Of a stretch of 64,000 nt of DNA, positions 25,973-35,481 are shown piece by piece. The DNA lies in NCBI GenBank assembly GCA_963823495.1, contig CAWGLV010000001.1, forward strand, positions 1,452,886 through 1,516,885. Direction: 5' to 3'. A program made the translations under genes and the position numbers. Source of the stretch: an uncultured Microthrixaceae bacterium. Its GTDB lineage: Bacteria; Actinomycetota; Acidimicrobiia; Acidimicrobiales; DATDAH01. The stretch's first letter is position 1, and the number at the start of each line of letters is the position of its first letter. The notes beneath the pieces were generated by a model. The model did no database searches, was not told the origin of the DNA, and was given only the letters and a program-made list of their open reading frames with translations.

Positions 25973-26986
25973 ATGACCGACGAGGAGCGGTTCCGGAACC
26001 GACCCAAGGTGGTGCTCCACGACCACCTCGATGGCGGCGTGCGCCCGGCGACGGTGATCGAGCTGGCCGAGGTCCAGGGGGTCGACCTGCCCGTCCGCGA
26101 CGTCACCGGGTTGGGCGAGTGGTTCACCCTCCGCCCGGGCATGTCGTTCGAGGAGGCCTGGTCACGGTTCCACCTCGTGATCCGCCTCCTGCAGGACGCC
26201 GACTCGCTGCGTCGGGTCGCCCGGGAGGCGGTCGAGGATGTCGCCGCGGACGGTGTCGTCTACCTCGAGACCCGCTTCGGTCCGCTCAGCCACCAGCGCT
26301 CGGGCCTGACCGCGGACGAGGTCATGGCCGCGGTGACCGCCGGACTCGCGGACGGCGAGGCGGCCACCGGCACCGTCGCCCGGCTGATCGTCTGCGGCAT
26401 CCGGGAGGACGGGCCGATCCTCGGCCTGGAAGCCGCCCGCCTGGCGGTGGCCTGGTCCGAGGGTGGGGTGGTCGGCTACGACATCGCCGGCGCGGAGGTG
26501 GGCCGGCCGGCCGCCGACTTCGCCGATGCGTACGCAGTCGTGGGCGAGGCCGGGCTGGGCCGCACCGTGCATGCGGGGGAGATGGACGGCATCCCGAGCG
26601 TGGCCTCGGCCCTCACCGTCGACCCGGACCGCATCGGCCACGGCTGGCGCCTCGAGGACGACCTCGACGGCCCCGTCGCCCGGGAGGTCCGAGACCGGCG
26701 GCTGCCCCTCGAGGTCTGCGTGACCTCCAACGCCTGCCTCGGCCTGCCGGTGAGCCGGCACCCGGTGCGTCGCCTGGTCGAGGCCGGCTTCGTGGTCACC
26801 GCCAACCCGGACGACCGGGCCATCACCACCACCAGCACCTCACGGGAGCTCGCCCTGTGGGCCGAGCACCACGGCTTCACCGACGCCGAGCTGGCCACCG
26901 TCCAGCACGCCGCGGTGGGCGCCGCCTTCTGTGACGAGGCCACCCGCGCCGCCGTCGCCGCCCAGGTCACCGCCGGCTGGCCCTGA
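25973..26986 (+). CDS. add: adenosine deaminase
   Basis: VVLHDHLDGGVRP metal-binding motif, ..TVHAGE.. and ..VTANPDD.. motifs. 337 aa. Confidence 0.9.
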   Translation: MTDEERFRNRPKVVLHDHLDGGVRPATVIELAEVQGVDLPVRDVTGLGEWFTLRPGMSFEEAWSRFHLVIRLLQDADSLRRVAREAVEDVAADGVVYLETRFGPLSHQRSGLTADEVMAAVTAGLADGEAATGTVARLIVCGIREDGPILGLEAARLAVAWSEGGVVGYDIAGAEVGRPAADFADAYAVVGEAGLGRTVHAGEMDGIPSVASALTVDPDRIGHGWRLEDDLDGPVAREVRDRRLPLEVCVTSNACLGLPVSRHPVRRLVEAGFVVTANPDDRAITTTSTSRELALWAEHHGFTDAELATVQHAAVGAAFCDEATRAAVAAQVTAGWP

Positions 26987-27001
26987 GCCGCGAGGGTGGG
27001 G

Positions 27002-27235
27002 CTAGTTGGCGCCCCCGCGTCCGGCCTTGATCTGGTCGAGGACCGCCTTGCAGGGCTCACAGACCGGGTAGCGGTCGGGGTCCCGGGTGGGGACGAAGAC
27101 CACACCGCAGAGCGCGGTGATGGCTTCGCCGGTCACATAGGCCCGGTTCACGTCGGCGGCCGGGGCGATGTGGGCCACATCGGGCTCACCGGTGTCGGTG
27201 GAGACCTGGTCGGGCGCGAGGGCGGTGGTGCTCAT
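27002..27235 (-). CDS. DUF3039 domain-containing protein
   Basis: 77 aa: ..ALCGVVFVPTRDPDRYPVCEPCKAVLD.. is the conserved actinobacterial DUF3039 signature. Confidence 0.75.
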   Translation of the reverse strand: MSTTALAPDQVSTDTGEPDVAHIAPAADVNRAYVTGEAITALCGVVFVPTRDPDRYPVCEPCKAVLDQIKAGRGGAN

Positions 27236-27237
27236 CG

Positions 27238-27924
27238 TCAGGCGGGCTCGACGAGGTCGGTGGCCCGGGGCGGGAAGACCGGGACGAGGGCGACGTAGGG
27301 CTCCGGATCGGCGACGGTCCAGCGCCAGGCCCGGACCTGCTGCGGGCTGCGCCGGCCCACCACGGCCCGGCAGAGCTCGAAGGGGTCCACGACCACGGCG
27401 CACTCCGTGGTGTCCCCGCCCGACCCGACGGCGGCGGGTCGGAGGTCGGCCTGCTCGAACTGGCGCTCGGCGTGGGCCCGAGCCCGTCGGGCCACCCAGT
27501 CGGCCGTCTCGCCGACCCGGTCCCCTGCCCGGTCGACCGCTCCCCGGACGTCGTGCAGGTGGGTCCAGAGGTCGATGACCATCCGGGGGTCGATGTCGTC
27601 GCCCAAGGGGGTCAGGGCGTCGCGCAGCCGGGGGGCGGCGGCGTCCCATTCGTCGAGGATCTCGGTGAGGCTGCGCTCGGCCCGCTCGGCGACCTGGCGG
27701 GCGGTCCACGGGTCCGTGGTCACCCCGTCGAGCCTTCCGCCGAGGATGTCGGCGGCCACGCCCGCCTGGTGGGCGTACACCTCGCGGACGGTCCAGTCGG
27801 GACAGGCGGGAACGGCCAGTTCGGCCTCCTCGCCGGTCAACCCGCGACCGAGGGCGCTGAAGGAGGCCTGCCCGGCGACCCAGTGGTCGAGGGGACCCAT
27901 GGCGACCAACCCTAGGGTCTGCAT
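27238..27924 (-). CDS. mycothiol-dependent maleylpyruvate isomerase-like (DinB/MDMPI) family protein
   Basis: ..PACPDWTVREVYAHQAGVAADIL.. and ..DLWTHLHDVRGA.. metal-binding His pattern. The start is 27924 or 27900. Confidence 0.7.
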   Translation of the reverse strand: MQTLGLVAMGPLDHWVAGQASFSALGRGLTGEEAELAVPACPDWTVREVYAHQAGVAADILGGRLDGVTTDPWTARQVAERAERSLTEILDEWDAAAPRLRDALTPLGDDIDPRMVIDLWTHLHDVRGAVDRAGDRVGETADWVARRARAHAERQFEQADLRPAAVGSGGDTTECAVVVDPFELCRAVVGRRSPQQVRAWRWTVADPEPYVALVPVFPPRATDLVEPA

Positions 27925-27926
27925 CC

Positions 27927-28784
27927 GTGGTGGCGGTCCTCCTCGGCCTGGCGGCCTCAGCCTCATTCTCCTGCGCCGACTTCTTCGGCGGCCTGGCCGC
28001 GCGCCGCAGCAGCACATGGCTCAGCGTCCTGGCCAACCAGGCCGTGGGGCTGGTCCCCCTGACCGTCTACCTGCTCCTGGTCCTCGACGGTGGCCCGACC
28101 TCCGGCGATGTCGTCTTGAGCGTGGTCGCCGGGTTCGCCTCGGTCGCCGGCCTCGGCCTGCTGTTCGGCGGCTTCGCCGTCGGTCGGATGGCCGTGGTGG
28201 CGCCGGTGAGCGCCGGGGTCGGCGGTGTCCTGCCCATCCTCTGGGGTCTCCTGCAGGGCGAGCGTCCCGGGCCACTGGCTCTGCTGGGCGCGGCCATCAC
28301 CTTGACCGCCGCCGTGGTGCTGGCCCGCTCGGAGGCCCCGATCGTCGATGCCGAGGTCGATCTCCCCGCCGACGACGCGAAAGCGGCCCTGATGGCCGTC
28401 GGTGCCGGCCTGGCCTTCGGGGTGATCCTGATCTGCTTCTCGGAGGTCAGCGAGGGGGCCGGGCTCTGGCCGCCGATGATCAGCCATCTCGTGGCCATCC
28501 CGACCCTGGCGCTGATCGTGGCGCTCTCCGGGCAGTCCTTCCGTCCACCCGTGGAGGCCCGGCGGGTCATGGTCGCCAGCGGCTTCTTCGACGCGACGGC
28601 CATCGCCCTGCTGGTGGTGGCCCTGGGCGAGGACCTCGTGACCCTGGTGGCGCCCGCGGCCAACCTCTATCCGGCGGGTACCGCGCTCCTCGCCGCGCTC
28701 GTCCTGGGCGAGCACCTGCACCGGACCCAGGTCCTGGCGCTGGCTGCCGCGGTGTTCGGGCTGGTGCTGCTCGCGGTCGGCTGA
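27927..28784 (+). CDS. EamA/DMT family transporter
   Basis: 285 aa with ten hydrophobic segments in a duplicated 5+5 arrangement. GTG start. Confidence 0.75.
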   Translation: MVAVLLGLAASASFSCADFFGGLAARRSSTWLSVLANQAVGLVPLTVYLLLVLDGGPTSGDVVLSVVAGFASVAGLGLLFGGFAVGRMAVVAPVSAGVGGVLPILWGLLQGERPGPLALLGAAITLTAAVVLARSEAPIVDAEVDLPADDAKAALMAVGAGLAFGVILICFSEVSEGAGLWPPMISHLVAIPTLALIVALSGQSFRPPVEARRVMVASGFFDATAIALLVVALGEDLVTLVAPAANLYPAGTALLAALVLGEHLHRTQVLALAAAVFGLVLLAVG

Positions 28785-28794
28785 GCCCCCCGGC

Positions 28795-29667
28795 TCAGAC
28801 CTTGTGCACGACCTCGTCGGCGAACTGGTTCAGTGCGTCGAGCTTGTCCTGCAGCGGCTGGGTGTCGGGCCCGGGTTGATAGGCGTCCCTGAAGCCGACG
28901 ATGGCATCGGTGACGCCGAGATCCTCCAGGCGGCGGACGCCGTCCACGCTCCAGGCGTCGAAGCTGATGACGTGGATCTCGAAGGGGTCGTTCTCGCGGC
29001 CCAGCATGGTCCGCAACTCCCGCAGGCGCTCGAGGCAGCGGATCAGCTCGTCGGGGTCTCCGCCGGCGTGCATCCAACCGTCGCCCCGCTCGGCCGCCCG
29101 CTTGAGCGCGGCCTCGCCGTGGCCACCGATCAGGATGGGGATGGGCTCGGTCGGCGTCGGGCTCATCTTGACCGACTGCAGCTGGAAGATCTCGCCGTCG
29201 TACTCGTAGTACCCCTCGGTGGTGAGACCCCGGATGATGTCGATCATCTCGTCCATGCGCTTGCCGCGGCGTTCCCAGGCGACGTCACAGATGTCGTAGT
29301 CCTCGGGCCAGGGGCTGGTGCCCACACCGAAGCCGAACCGGTTGTCGGTCATGACCGCCACCGACCCGGCCTGCTTGGCCACCAGCACCGGGTGCCGGAT
29401 CGGCAGCTTGACCACGAAGGTCGTGAAGCGCAGGGTCTCGGTCACCGCGCCCATCGCCGGGATGAGGGTGAAGGGCTCGATGAACGGCGCGCCGTCGAGG
29501 AACTCGCGTCCGCCGTCCGGGGTGTACGGGTAGGTGGAGTCCGACACCTCCGGGTAGCAGATGCTGTCGGGGACGATGAAGGAGGCGTAGCCGGCCTCCT
29601 CCACCGCCTGGGCGAGGGGCAGGTAGTTGGCGGGATCGGTCATCGACTCCGCGTAGGAGAACCGCAT
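28795..29667 (-). CDS. LLM-class F420-dependent oxidoreductase
   Basis: Luciferase-like TIM-barrel signature: ..AEEAGYASFIVPDS.. ..FGFGVGTSPWPEDY.. ..IPILIGGHGEAALKRAAERGDGW. Confidence 0.8.
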   Translation of the reverse strand: MRFSYAESMTDPANYLPLAQAVEEAGYASFIVPDSICYPEVSDSTYPYTPDGGREFLDGAPFIEPFTLIPAMGAVTETLRFTTFVVKLPIRHPVLVAKQAGSVAVMTDNRFGFGVGTSPWPEDYDICDVAWERRGKRMDEMIDIIRGLTTEGYYEYDGEIFQLQSVKMSPTPTEPIPILIGGHGEAALKRAAERGDGWMHAGGDPDELIRCLERLRELRTMLGRENDPFEIHVISFDAWSVDGVRRLEDLGVTDAIVGFRDAYQPGPDTQPLQDKLDALNQFADEVVHKV

Positions 29668-29677
29668 GGCCAGTGGT

Positions 29678-30469
29678 CTAGCCGTCGGTGCCCGGCCGGA
29701 ACCACATGCTCATCCGCGTGAGGCGCACGTAGCCCATCCGCTCGTACACCGGCTGGCCGGGATCGCTGGCGATCAGGACGGCCGGGAGCGAAGGGTCGGC
29801 GAGGGTGGCCGCCCACGTGAGGGCCGCGCCGTACCCCTTGCCTCGGTCGTGGTCATGGACGCTCACCCACTCCACGTCGTTGGTGCCGTGGGCCACGTAG
29901 ACCCCAGCGGTGCCGACGGGACGGTCACCCTCGTAGCCGACCCAGAAGCGCACGCCCGTGGTCAGGATCGCGGGGTCGGCCAGAGCGCTCGTACCGCCGG
30001 GCATCGGATAGGCCTCGACGATCGTGGTGAAGAAGGTGGCCAGGGTGTTCTCGTCCCGCACCTCCCGCAGCTCCAACCCGGCGTCCCAGCCGTCCGGCGC
30101 CGGCCCGGGAGGTCGGAACATGAAGGGTGGGTGCCCCATCAGGCTGATGCCGAGGTCGCCCGCGCCGGGGATCGGCCAGCACGAGAGCACCACGAAGGGT
30201 CGCTGCGGCGGGTAGAAGGCCAGGGCGTCGACCACGGCGGCCCGAGCCGCGTCAGCGGTCAGGGGGTGGAGGAGGGTGACGATGTTGTCGAACAGGACGG
30301 GCGACTTCCCGTCGGCCATCGAGGCATCGTCGGTGCGGAGCACCCGTCCGCCCGCCGCCCGGGCGATGACCTCGCTGCGTTCGGCGGTGGCCAGGAGGTA
30401 GGCCCGCAGCAGCGAGTCCTCGGCGGGGGCGTCGGCCTCCCAGCCGGTGGTCAGCTCGTCGGCGCTCAC
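29678..30469 (-). CDS. GNAT family N-acetyltransferase
   Basis: ..VHDHDRGKGYGAALTWAA.. ..GQPVYERMGY acetyl-CoA binding motif. GTG start overlaps the upstream stop (GTGA). Confidence 0.7.
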   Translation of the reverse strand: MSADELTTGWEADAPAEDSLLRAYLLATAERSEVIARAAGGRVLRTDDASMADGKSPVLFDNIVTLLHPLTADAARAAVVDALAFYPPQRPFVVLSCWPIPGAGDLGISLMGHPPFMFRPPGPAPDGWDAGLELREVRDENTLATFFTTIVEAYPMPGGTSALADPAILTTGVRFWVGYEGDRPVGTAGVYVAHGTNDVEWVSVHDHDRGKGYGAALTWAATLADPSLPAVLIASDPGQPVYERMGYVRLTRMSMWFRPGTDG

Positions 30470-30819
30470 GGCGGCCCGGCCGCGGCCAACTGGTCGAGGA
30501 GTGCCTCGCCGTCGTCGCCCAAGCGGGCCAGGAGGGCGTCGGCGGCGGGGTCGTCGACCTCCGCGGTGAGGCCCACGCACCAGGCGAGGAGGCACTCCTC
30601 GCCGTCGTCGCGGATGGTGAGGGTCTGCTCGACCCGGTCCACGCCGGGGACCGTGAGGCGCCGGACGTGGCGCCATGGTGCCTCGACCGACAGGTCTGCC
30701 GCGTTGGTCCCGAGCTGCTCGACCAGCCTCGCCCAGGCCGCATCCCGGGGGACGCCGAGGTGTCGTTCACGCATCGTCGTGCGCCACGGCCCGATGGCCG
30801 GCGCGGGCGGGGGGGCCAT
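30466..30819 (-). CDS. hypothetical protein (possibly SRPBCC/START-like)
   Basis: About 100-117 aa, with MRERHLGVPRDAAWARLVEQL.. as the likely true N-terminus. The family call is tentative. Confidence 0.45.
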   Translation of the reverse strand: MAPPPAPAIGPWRTTMRERHLGVPRDAAWARLVEQLGTNAADLSVEAPWRHVRRLTVPGVDRVEQTLTIRDDGEECLLAWCVGLTAEVDDPAADALLARLGDDGEALLDQLAAAGPP

Positions 30820-30849
30820 GGCCCGAGCGTAGGGCCGTACGATCCGCCT

Positions 30850-31332
30850 GTGCCCGAGCTGACGACCCGCCAGCGATTCGCGGCGCGGATCTCGCGGTCG
30901 ACGGTGTTCCGTCGCCTACTCGGCCCCAAGCTCTTCGCCAAGGCCGACCGCTGGATCCTCTACCGCACGAAGGGACGGTTGACCGCCGCCGGTCCACTGC
31001 TCTTCCCGACCATGGTGCTGACCACGACCGGCGCCCTGTCCGGGGAGCCCCGGCGGGTGGCTCTGGTCTACCTGCCCGATGGCGACGGGGCGTTGGTCGT
31101 CGCCTCCAACTTCGGGCGAGAGCGCCACCCGGCCTGGTCGGCGAACCTCCTGACCCACCCGGAGGTCGAGGTGGTCGCCGCCGGCGGGTCCTGGACAGGG
31201 CAAGCCCGGCTACTGGGCGCCGAGGAGAAGGCGACCCGCTGGCCCGAACTGGTCGCCCACATGCCGGCCTGGGACGGCTACACGAAGGTGACCGATCGGG
31301 ACCTGCGGGTCTTCGCCCTGGAACGGGACTGA
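30850..31332 (+). CDS. nitroreductase/deazaflavin (F420H2)-dependent oxidoreductase, DDN family
   Basis: ..LYRTKGRL....PTMVLTTTGALSGEPRRVALVYLPDGDGALVVASNFGRERHPAWSANL.. is characteristic of the PF04075 family. GTG start. Confidence 0.8.
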   Translation: MPELTTRQRFAARISRSTVFRRLLGPKLFAKADRWILYRTKGRLTAAGPLLFPTMVLTTTGALSGEPRRVALVYLPDGDGALVVASNFGRERHPAWSANLLTHPEVEVVAAGGSWTGQARLLGAEEKATRWPELVAHMPAWDGYTKVTDRDLRVFALERD

Positions 31333-31793
31333 TGGCCCGCGAGGTCCTCTTCCGGGTGGAGGACCCGTCGTCGATCGTGGAGCGGATGGCCGAGCTGGCC
31401 GACGGCTCGGGCTGGATGGTGTTCGACGCCGCGGTGGCCGAGGACGATCTCCCGCCGCCGGCGGCCTTCGGCGGGATGCTCTCGGGTCGGGGGCCGGCCA
31501 CACCGGAGCTGTCCTGGGTTCCCGGGGAGCCGGGCGGCCGCCGGAGGGAGCCGCTGTCGGTGGGCATCCGCCATGGAGCCGGACCCAAGGCCAAGGCCCG
31601 CCTCGCCGAGGCGGGGGTGGCGGTGCCCGACGGGTGGTACGTCGTCCAGGACAACCCCCGTCGGGGTCTGGTGGCCCAGGTGCCCGGCACCCACACCGAC
31701 ACCGAGGTCCTCGAGTGGCTGCTGCGGGCGGCCGCCGTCCTGGCCACCGTGCCGCTCAGCGGTGACTGGCGGGTCCGCATCTACTTCCGCTGA
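31332..31793 (+). CDS. hypothetical protein (153 aa)
   Basis: TGATG overlap with the DDN gene and protein-like composition. No motif recognised. Confidence 0.5.
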   Translation: MAREVLFRVEDPSSIVERMAELADGSGWMVFDAAVAEDDLPPPAAFGGMLSGRGPATPELSWVPGEPGGRRREPLSVGIRHGAGPKAKARLAEAGVAVPDGWYVVQDNPRRGLVAQVPGTHTDTEVLEWLLRAAAVLATVPLSGDWRVRIYFR

Positions 31794-31828
31794 CTCGCGA
31801 TCGTCGATCCCGGCGCGAGACTGCCGTC

Positions 31829-32719
31829 ATGTCAGACGAGATGGCGATGGTGATGGACCTGCTGTGGGCCGCGCCCCGCAACGACGAGGCGTCGGTCGAG
31901 CAACGGCGTCTGGAGATGGACCAGCTCGCGGGGAGCGCACCCCTGGCTGAGGGGACGGTGGTCGAACCGGTGGTCGCCGGCGGGGTGCCCGGGGAGTGGT
32001 TGCGGCCCCCGGGCGCAGCAGCCGACGGCGCGCTGCTGTACCTGCACGGCGGTGGCTACGTCGTCGGCTCCGTGGTGAGCCATCGCGCGCTGGCCAGCAA
32101 CCTGGCTGCCGCCGCCGGGGTGCCCGCGATGATCGTCGACTACCGGATGGGGCCCGAGCACCGCTTCCCGGCCGCGGTCGACGACGCGGTCACCGTGTTC
32201 GGCTGGCTGGTCGACCAGGGCCTCGCGCCGAGCCGGATCGCAGTGGCCGGGGACTCCGCGGGCGGCGGCCTGACCCTGGCCACGATCCTGGCGCTGCGAG
32301 CGGCCGGGTCGCCGCTGCCCGGTGCCGGCGGGTGCATCTCGCCGTGGACCGATCTGACCATGTCGAGCCCCTCGATCGACGCCAATGCCGGCGAGGACCC
32401 CATGCTCGACCGGGAACGCCTCGAGTGGTACGCCGAGCGGTATCTGAGCGAGGAGGCCGATCCTCGCGACCCGTTGGCCTCCCCGCTCTTCGCCGACCTG
32501 TCCGGCCTGCCCCCGTTGGTCGTCCACGCCGCGGATGAGGAGGTGCTCCTCGACGACGCCCGACTGCTGGCCGAGGCGGTCCAGGCCGCGGGCGGCACGG
32601 TCGACTACCGGACGTGGCCGGACGCGTTCCACGTCTTCCACGCCACCGCCGGCCTCACGCCCGAGGGAGCCGAGGCCGTCACCGCCATGGGCGCCTTCCT
32701 CCGCACGCACCTCGACTGA
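31829..32719 (+). CDS. alpha/beta hydrolase, hormone-sensitive-lipase-like esterase
   Basis: LYLHGGGYVVGS oxyanion motif and AVAGDSAGGGL nucleophile elbow. Confidence 0.85.
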   Translation: MSDEMAMVMDLLWAAPRNDEASVEQRRLEMDQLAGSAPLAEGTVVEPVVAGGVPGEWLRPPGAAADGALLYLHGGGYVVGSVVSHRALASNLAAAAGVPAMIVDYRMGPEHRFPAAVDDAVTVFGWLVDQGLAPSRIAVAGDSAGGGLTLATILALRAAGSPLPGAGGCISPWTDLTMSSPSIDANAGEDPMLDRERLEWYAERYLSEEADPRDPLASPLFADLSGLPPLVVHAADEEVLLDDARLLAEAVQAAGGTVDYRTWPDAFHVFHATAGLTPEGAEAVTAMGAFLRTHLD

Positions 32720-32737
32720 GCGGGGGCCGGCCCCCGC

Positions 32738-33970
32738 TCAGGGCTCGAGGATCAGGGTGACGTTGTGGCCGCCGAAGGCGAAGGAGTTGGTGAGCACCGG
32801 ACCGGCGGGGACCTCGCGAGGCGACCCGGCCACGATGTCGAGGTCGATCTCGGGGTCCGGGTTCTCGTAGTTGGCGGTGGGGGGGACCAGCCCCGTCTCG
32901 AGGCTCCGGACGGTGGCCACGGCTTCGACCGCGCCGGCCGCGCCCACCAGGTGCCCGATGGACCCCTTGTTGGCCGTGACGGGGGGGACCTCGTCACCGA
33001 ACACCTCCCGGAGGGCGAGGGCCTCGAGGCGGTCGTTCAGCGCGGTCGAGGTGCCGTGGGCGTTGACGTGGGCGATGTCGCCGGGGGCCAGGCCGGCGTC
33101 GGCCAGCGCGGCCCGCATGGCCCCGACGGCCCCGGCCCCGGTCTCGTGGGGGGCGACGAGGTGGAAGGCGTCGGAGGTGGCGCCGTAGCCGGTGACCCGG
33201 GCCCGGACCCGTCCGCCGCGGGCGGTCACGTCCCCGGCGGCCTCCAGGGTCACGAAGCCCGCCCCCTCACCCATGACGAACCCGTCTCGGTCGCGGTCGA
33301 AGGGGCGACTGGCCCGCTCGGGCTCGTCGTTGCGGCCGCTCAGGGCCTGCATTCGGGCAAAGGCGGCGACCACGAGCGGATGGGTGAGGGCCTCAGTCCC
33401 CCCGGCGATGGCTCGGTCCACCACCCCGGTGGCGACCAGGCGGGCGGCGTCCCCGATGGCCGCCGCCCCCGAGGCGCAAGCCTGGGACACGGTGGTCGCC
33501 GGGCCGGTCACACCGAGCTTCATCGAGATCCAGCCGGCGGTGGCGTTCGGCATGATGAGGGGGACGGTCAGCGGGTTCACTCGCATGAAGCCCTTCTGCT
33601 GCAGGGTCTCCAGGGCGACCAGGAACGGCCGGATCATGCCGCCGAGGCCGGTGCCGACCACGATCGCCGTTCGAGCGCCGCCGGCGGTGTCCCACCCGGC
33701 GTCGTTGACGGCGTCCATCGCCGCGGAGACGCCCAGCTGGGTGGTGCGGTCCATCCGACGGGTCTCGGGATGCGAGAGGTGTCCACCGGGATCGAAGCCG
33801 TCGGCGATCGGGCAGCCGATGTGGACCGGCCCGAAGGTCTCGTCGATGTCGGGAAGCTCGATCGCCTGTGACCGCCCGAGCAGAAGGGTGTCCCAGAGCC
33901 CCGCGGGGTCCAGTCCGCCCGGCGTGACGGCCCCGAGGCCGGTCACGGCGACCCCGCGCGACCCGATCAC
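32738..33970 (-). CDS. fabF: beta-ketoacyl-[ACP] synthase II family
   Basis: TVSQACASGAAAIG (active-site Cys), ..NAHGTSTALND.. and ..KGSIGHLVGAAG.. (His/His). 410 aa. Confidence 0.9.
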   Translation of the reverse strand: MIGSRGVAVTGLGAVTPGGLDPAGLWDTLLLGRSQAIELPDIDETFGPVHIGCPIADGFDPGGHLSHPETRRMDRTTQLGVSAAMDAVNDAGWDTAGGARTAIVVGTGLGGMIRPFLVALETLQQKGFMRVNPLTVPLIMPNATAGWISMKLGVTGPATTVSQACASGAAAIGDAARLVATGVVDRAIAGGTEALTHPLVVAAFARMQALSGRNDEPERASRPFDRDRDGFVMGEGAGFVTLEAAGDVTARGGRVRARVTGYGATSDAFHLVAPHETGAGAVGAMRAALADAGLAPGDIAHVNAHGTSTALNDRLEALALREVFGDEVPPVTANKGSIGHLVGAAGAVEAVATVRSLETGLVPPTANYENPDPEIDLDIVAGSPREVPAGPVLTNSFAFGGHNVTLILEP

Positions 33971-34212
33971 GCGGCGATGCGGGCGAGGACGTCAACGGCC
34001 TCACCGACGGTCTTCACGCCGACGAAGTCCTGCTCGTCGGCGGTCAGATCCAGCCGGTCCTCGAGGGCCATGACGATCTCGAGCAGATCGAGGCTGTCCG
34101 CGCCCAGGTCGTCGAAGAGGTCCGAGTCCTCGGTGAGCCCGCCGGGGACCTCGCCCAGCACCTCCTCAGCCGCTTCCATCAAGGAGCTGCGCAGTTCTTC
34201 TCTGGTCGCCAC
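33967..34212 (-). CDS. acyl carrier protein
   Basis: 81 aa with the ..LFDDLGADSLDLLEIVMALED.. phosphopantetheine Ser motif. GTG start and 4-nt overlap with the KS gene. Confidence 0.8.
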   Translation of the reverse strand: MATREELRSSLMEAAEEVLGEVPGGLTEDSDLFDDLGADSLDLLEIVMALEDRLDLTADEQDFVGVKTVGEAVDVLARIAA

Positions 34213-34321
34213 GGCCGGGAGTGTAGGAGGGGGACCTCCGCCAATCGTGGTCGGCGAACGCACTCGACTCCGCTGCCGTCGTCGCCCACGATCCGGCCGT
34301 GGCCGTGCTAGAGAGGCCGCC

Positions 34322-35419
34322 ATGGTCATCGCCTCCACCCGCGATCCCGCCGTCCTCCGCGACCAGCTCACCGAGTGGTTCCGGGGTGCCCTGCCCGCCG
34401 GGGCCGACCCGGAGGTCAGCGAGGTGTCCTCGCCCTCGGGTACGGGCATGTCCTCTGAGACCCTCCTGTTCGAGGTGACCGCGACCCAGGACGGGGCGCG
34501 TGAGACCCGGGGCTACGCGGCCCGGTTGGCGCCGGCCGAGGTGGATCACCCGGTCTTCCCCAGCTACGACCTCGAGCTGCAGTACCGCTGCCTGCGCCTC
34601 GTTCGGGAGCACAGTGACGTCCCGGTCCCCTTGGCTCCGTGGTGGGAGCCGGACGCCACCGCCCTGGGCTCACCGTTCTTCGTCATGGAGCGGATCGACG
34701 GCGTCGTCGCCTCCGACAACCCGCCGTACGTGTTCGGGGGGTGGGTCGTCGACCTCGGTCCGGGGGGTCGGGAGGAGCTGGAGCGGGGGGTGATCGAGAT
34801 CCTCGCCGGCCTGCATGCCATCGACATCTCAACCGCCGACGTCTCGTTCCTGGATCGGCCGCAGTACGGCTCCACCCCCCTCGATCAGCACCTGGCCTAC
34901 CAGCGGTGGTACTACGACTGGGCCCGGGGTGACCGGGACTTCACCCAGATCGACCGGGCGCTCGCGTGGCTCGACGGCAATCGGCCCGAGGACGAGGGGC
35001 CCACGGTCCTGAACTGGGGTGACGCCCGGCTGGGCAACACCATGTTCCGTGACGGGCGGCCGGTCGCCGCCCTCGACTGGGAGATGGCCGCCCTCGGTGC
35101 CGCCGAGGCGGATCTGGCGTGGGCCGTGCACCTCCACGACTTCTTCAAGGACCTCGCCGTCCGCTTCGAGATGGACCCGCTGGAGGACTTCTTCCCCCGC
35201 GAGCGGGTCATCGCCACCTATGAGCAGCTGTCGGGCCGGAAGGTCCAGGACTACGACTACTACGAGGTGTTCGCGGCCGTCCGGTACGCCATCGTGTCCA
35301 TCCGCACCGGGGAGACCTCCGTGCGCACGGGAAGGATCGCGGAGCCGGACCACCACGACGGCCTCATCATGAACGGCCCCCTGCTCGAGGCGATGCTCGA
35401 CCGCCTGGGCGCGCCCTGA
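34322..35419 (+). CDS. phosphotransferase (APH/ChoK-like kinase) family protein
   Basis: ..VLNWGDARLGNTMF.. and ..ALDWEMAALG.. catalytic/Brenner-like motifs. 365 aa. Confidence 0.8.
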   Translation: MVIASTRDPAVLRDQLTEWFRGALPAGADPEVSEVSSPSGTGMSSETLLFEVTATQDGARETRGYAARLAPAEVDHPVFPSYDLELQYRCLRLVREHSDVPVPLAPWWEPDATALGSPFFVMERIDGVVASDNPPYVFGGWVVDLGPGGREELERGVIEILAGLHAIDISTADVSFLDRPQYGSTPLDQHLAYQRWYYDWARGDRDFTQIDRALAWLDGNRPEDEGPTVLNWGDARLGNTMFRDGRPVAALDWEMAALGAAEADLAWAVHLHDFFKDLAVRFEMDPLEDFFPRERVIATYEQLSGRKVQDYDYYEVFAAVRYAIVSIRTGETSVRTGRIAEPDHHDGLIMNGPLLEAMLDRLGAP

Positions 35420-35481
35420 CGGTCGGCGGCGCTCCGGTTCCGGCGACGGGCCATACTCGGGCGGCACCACGGAGGGTCCCC

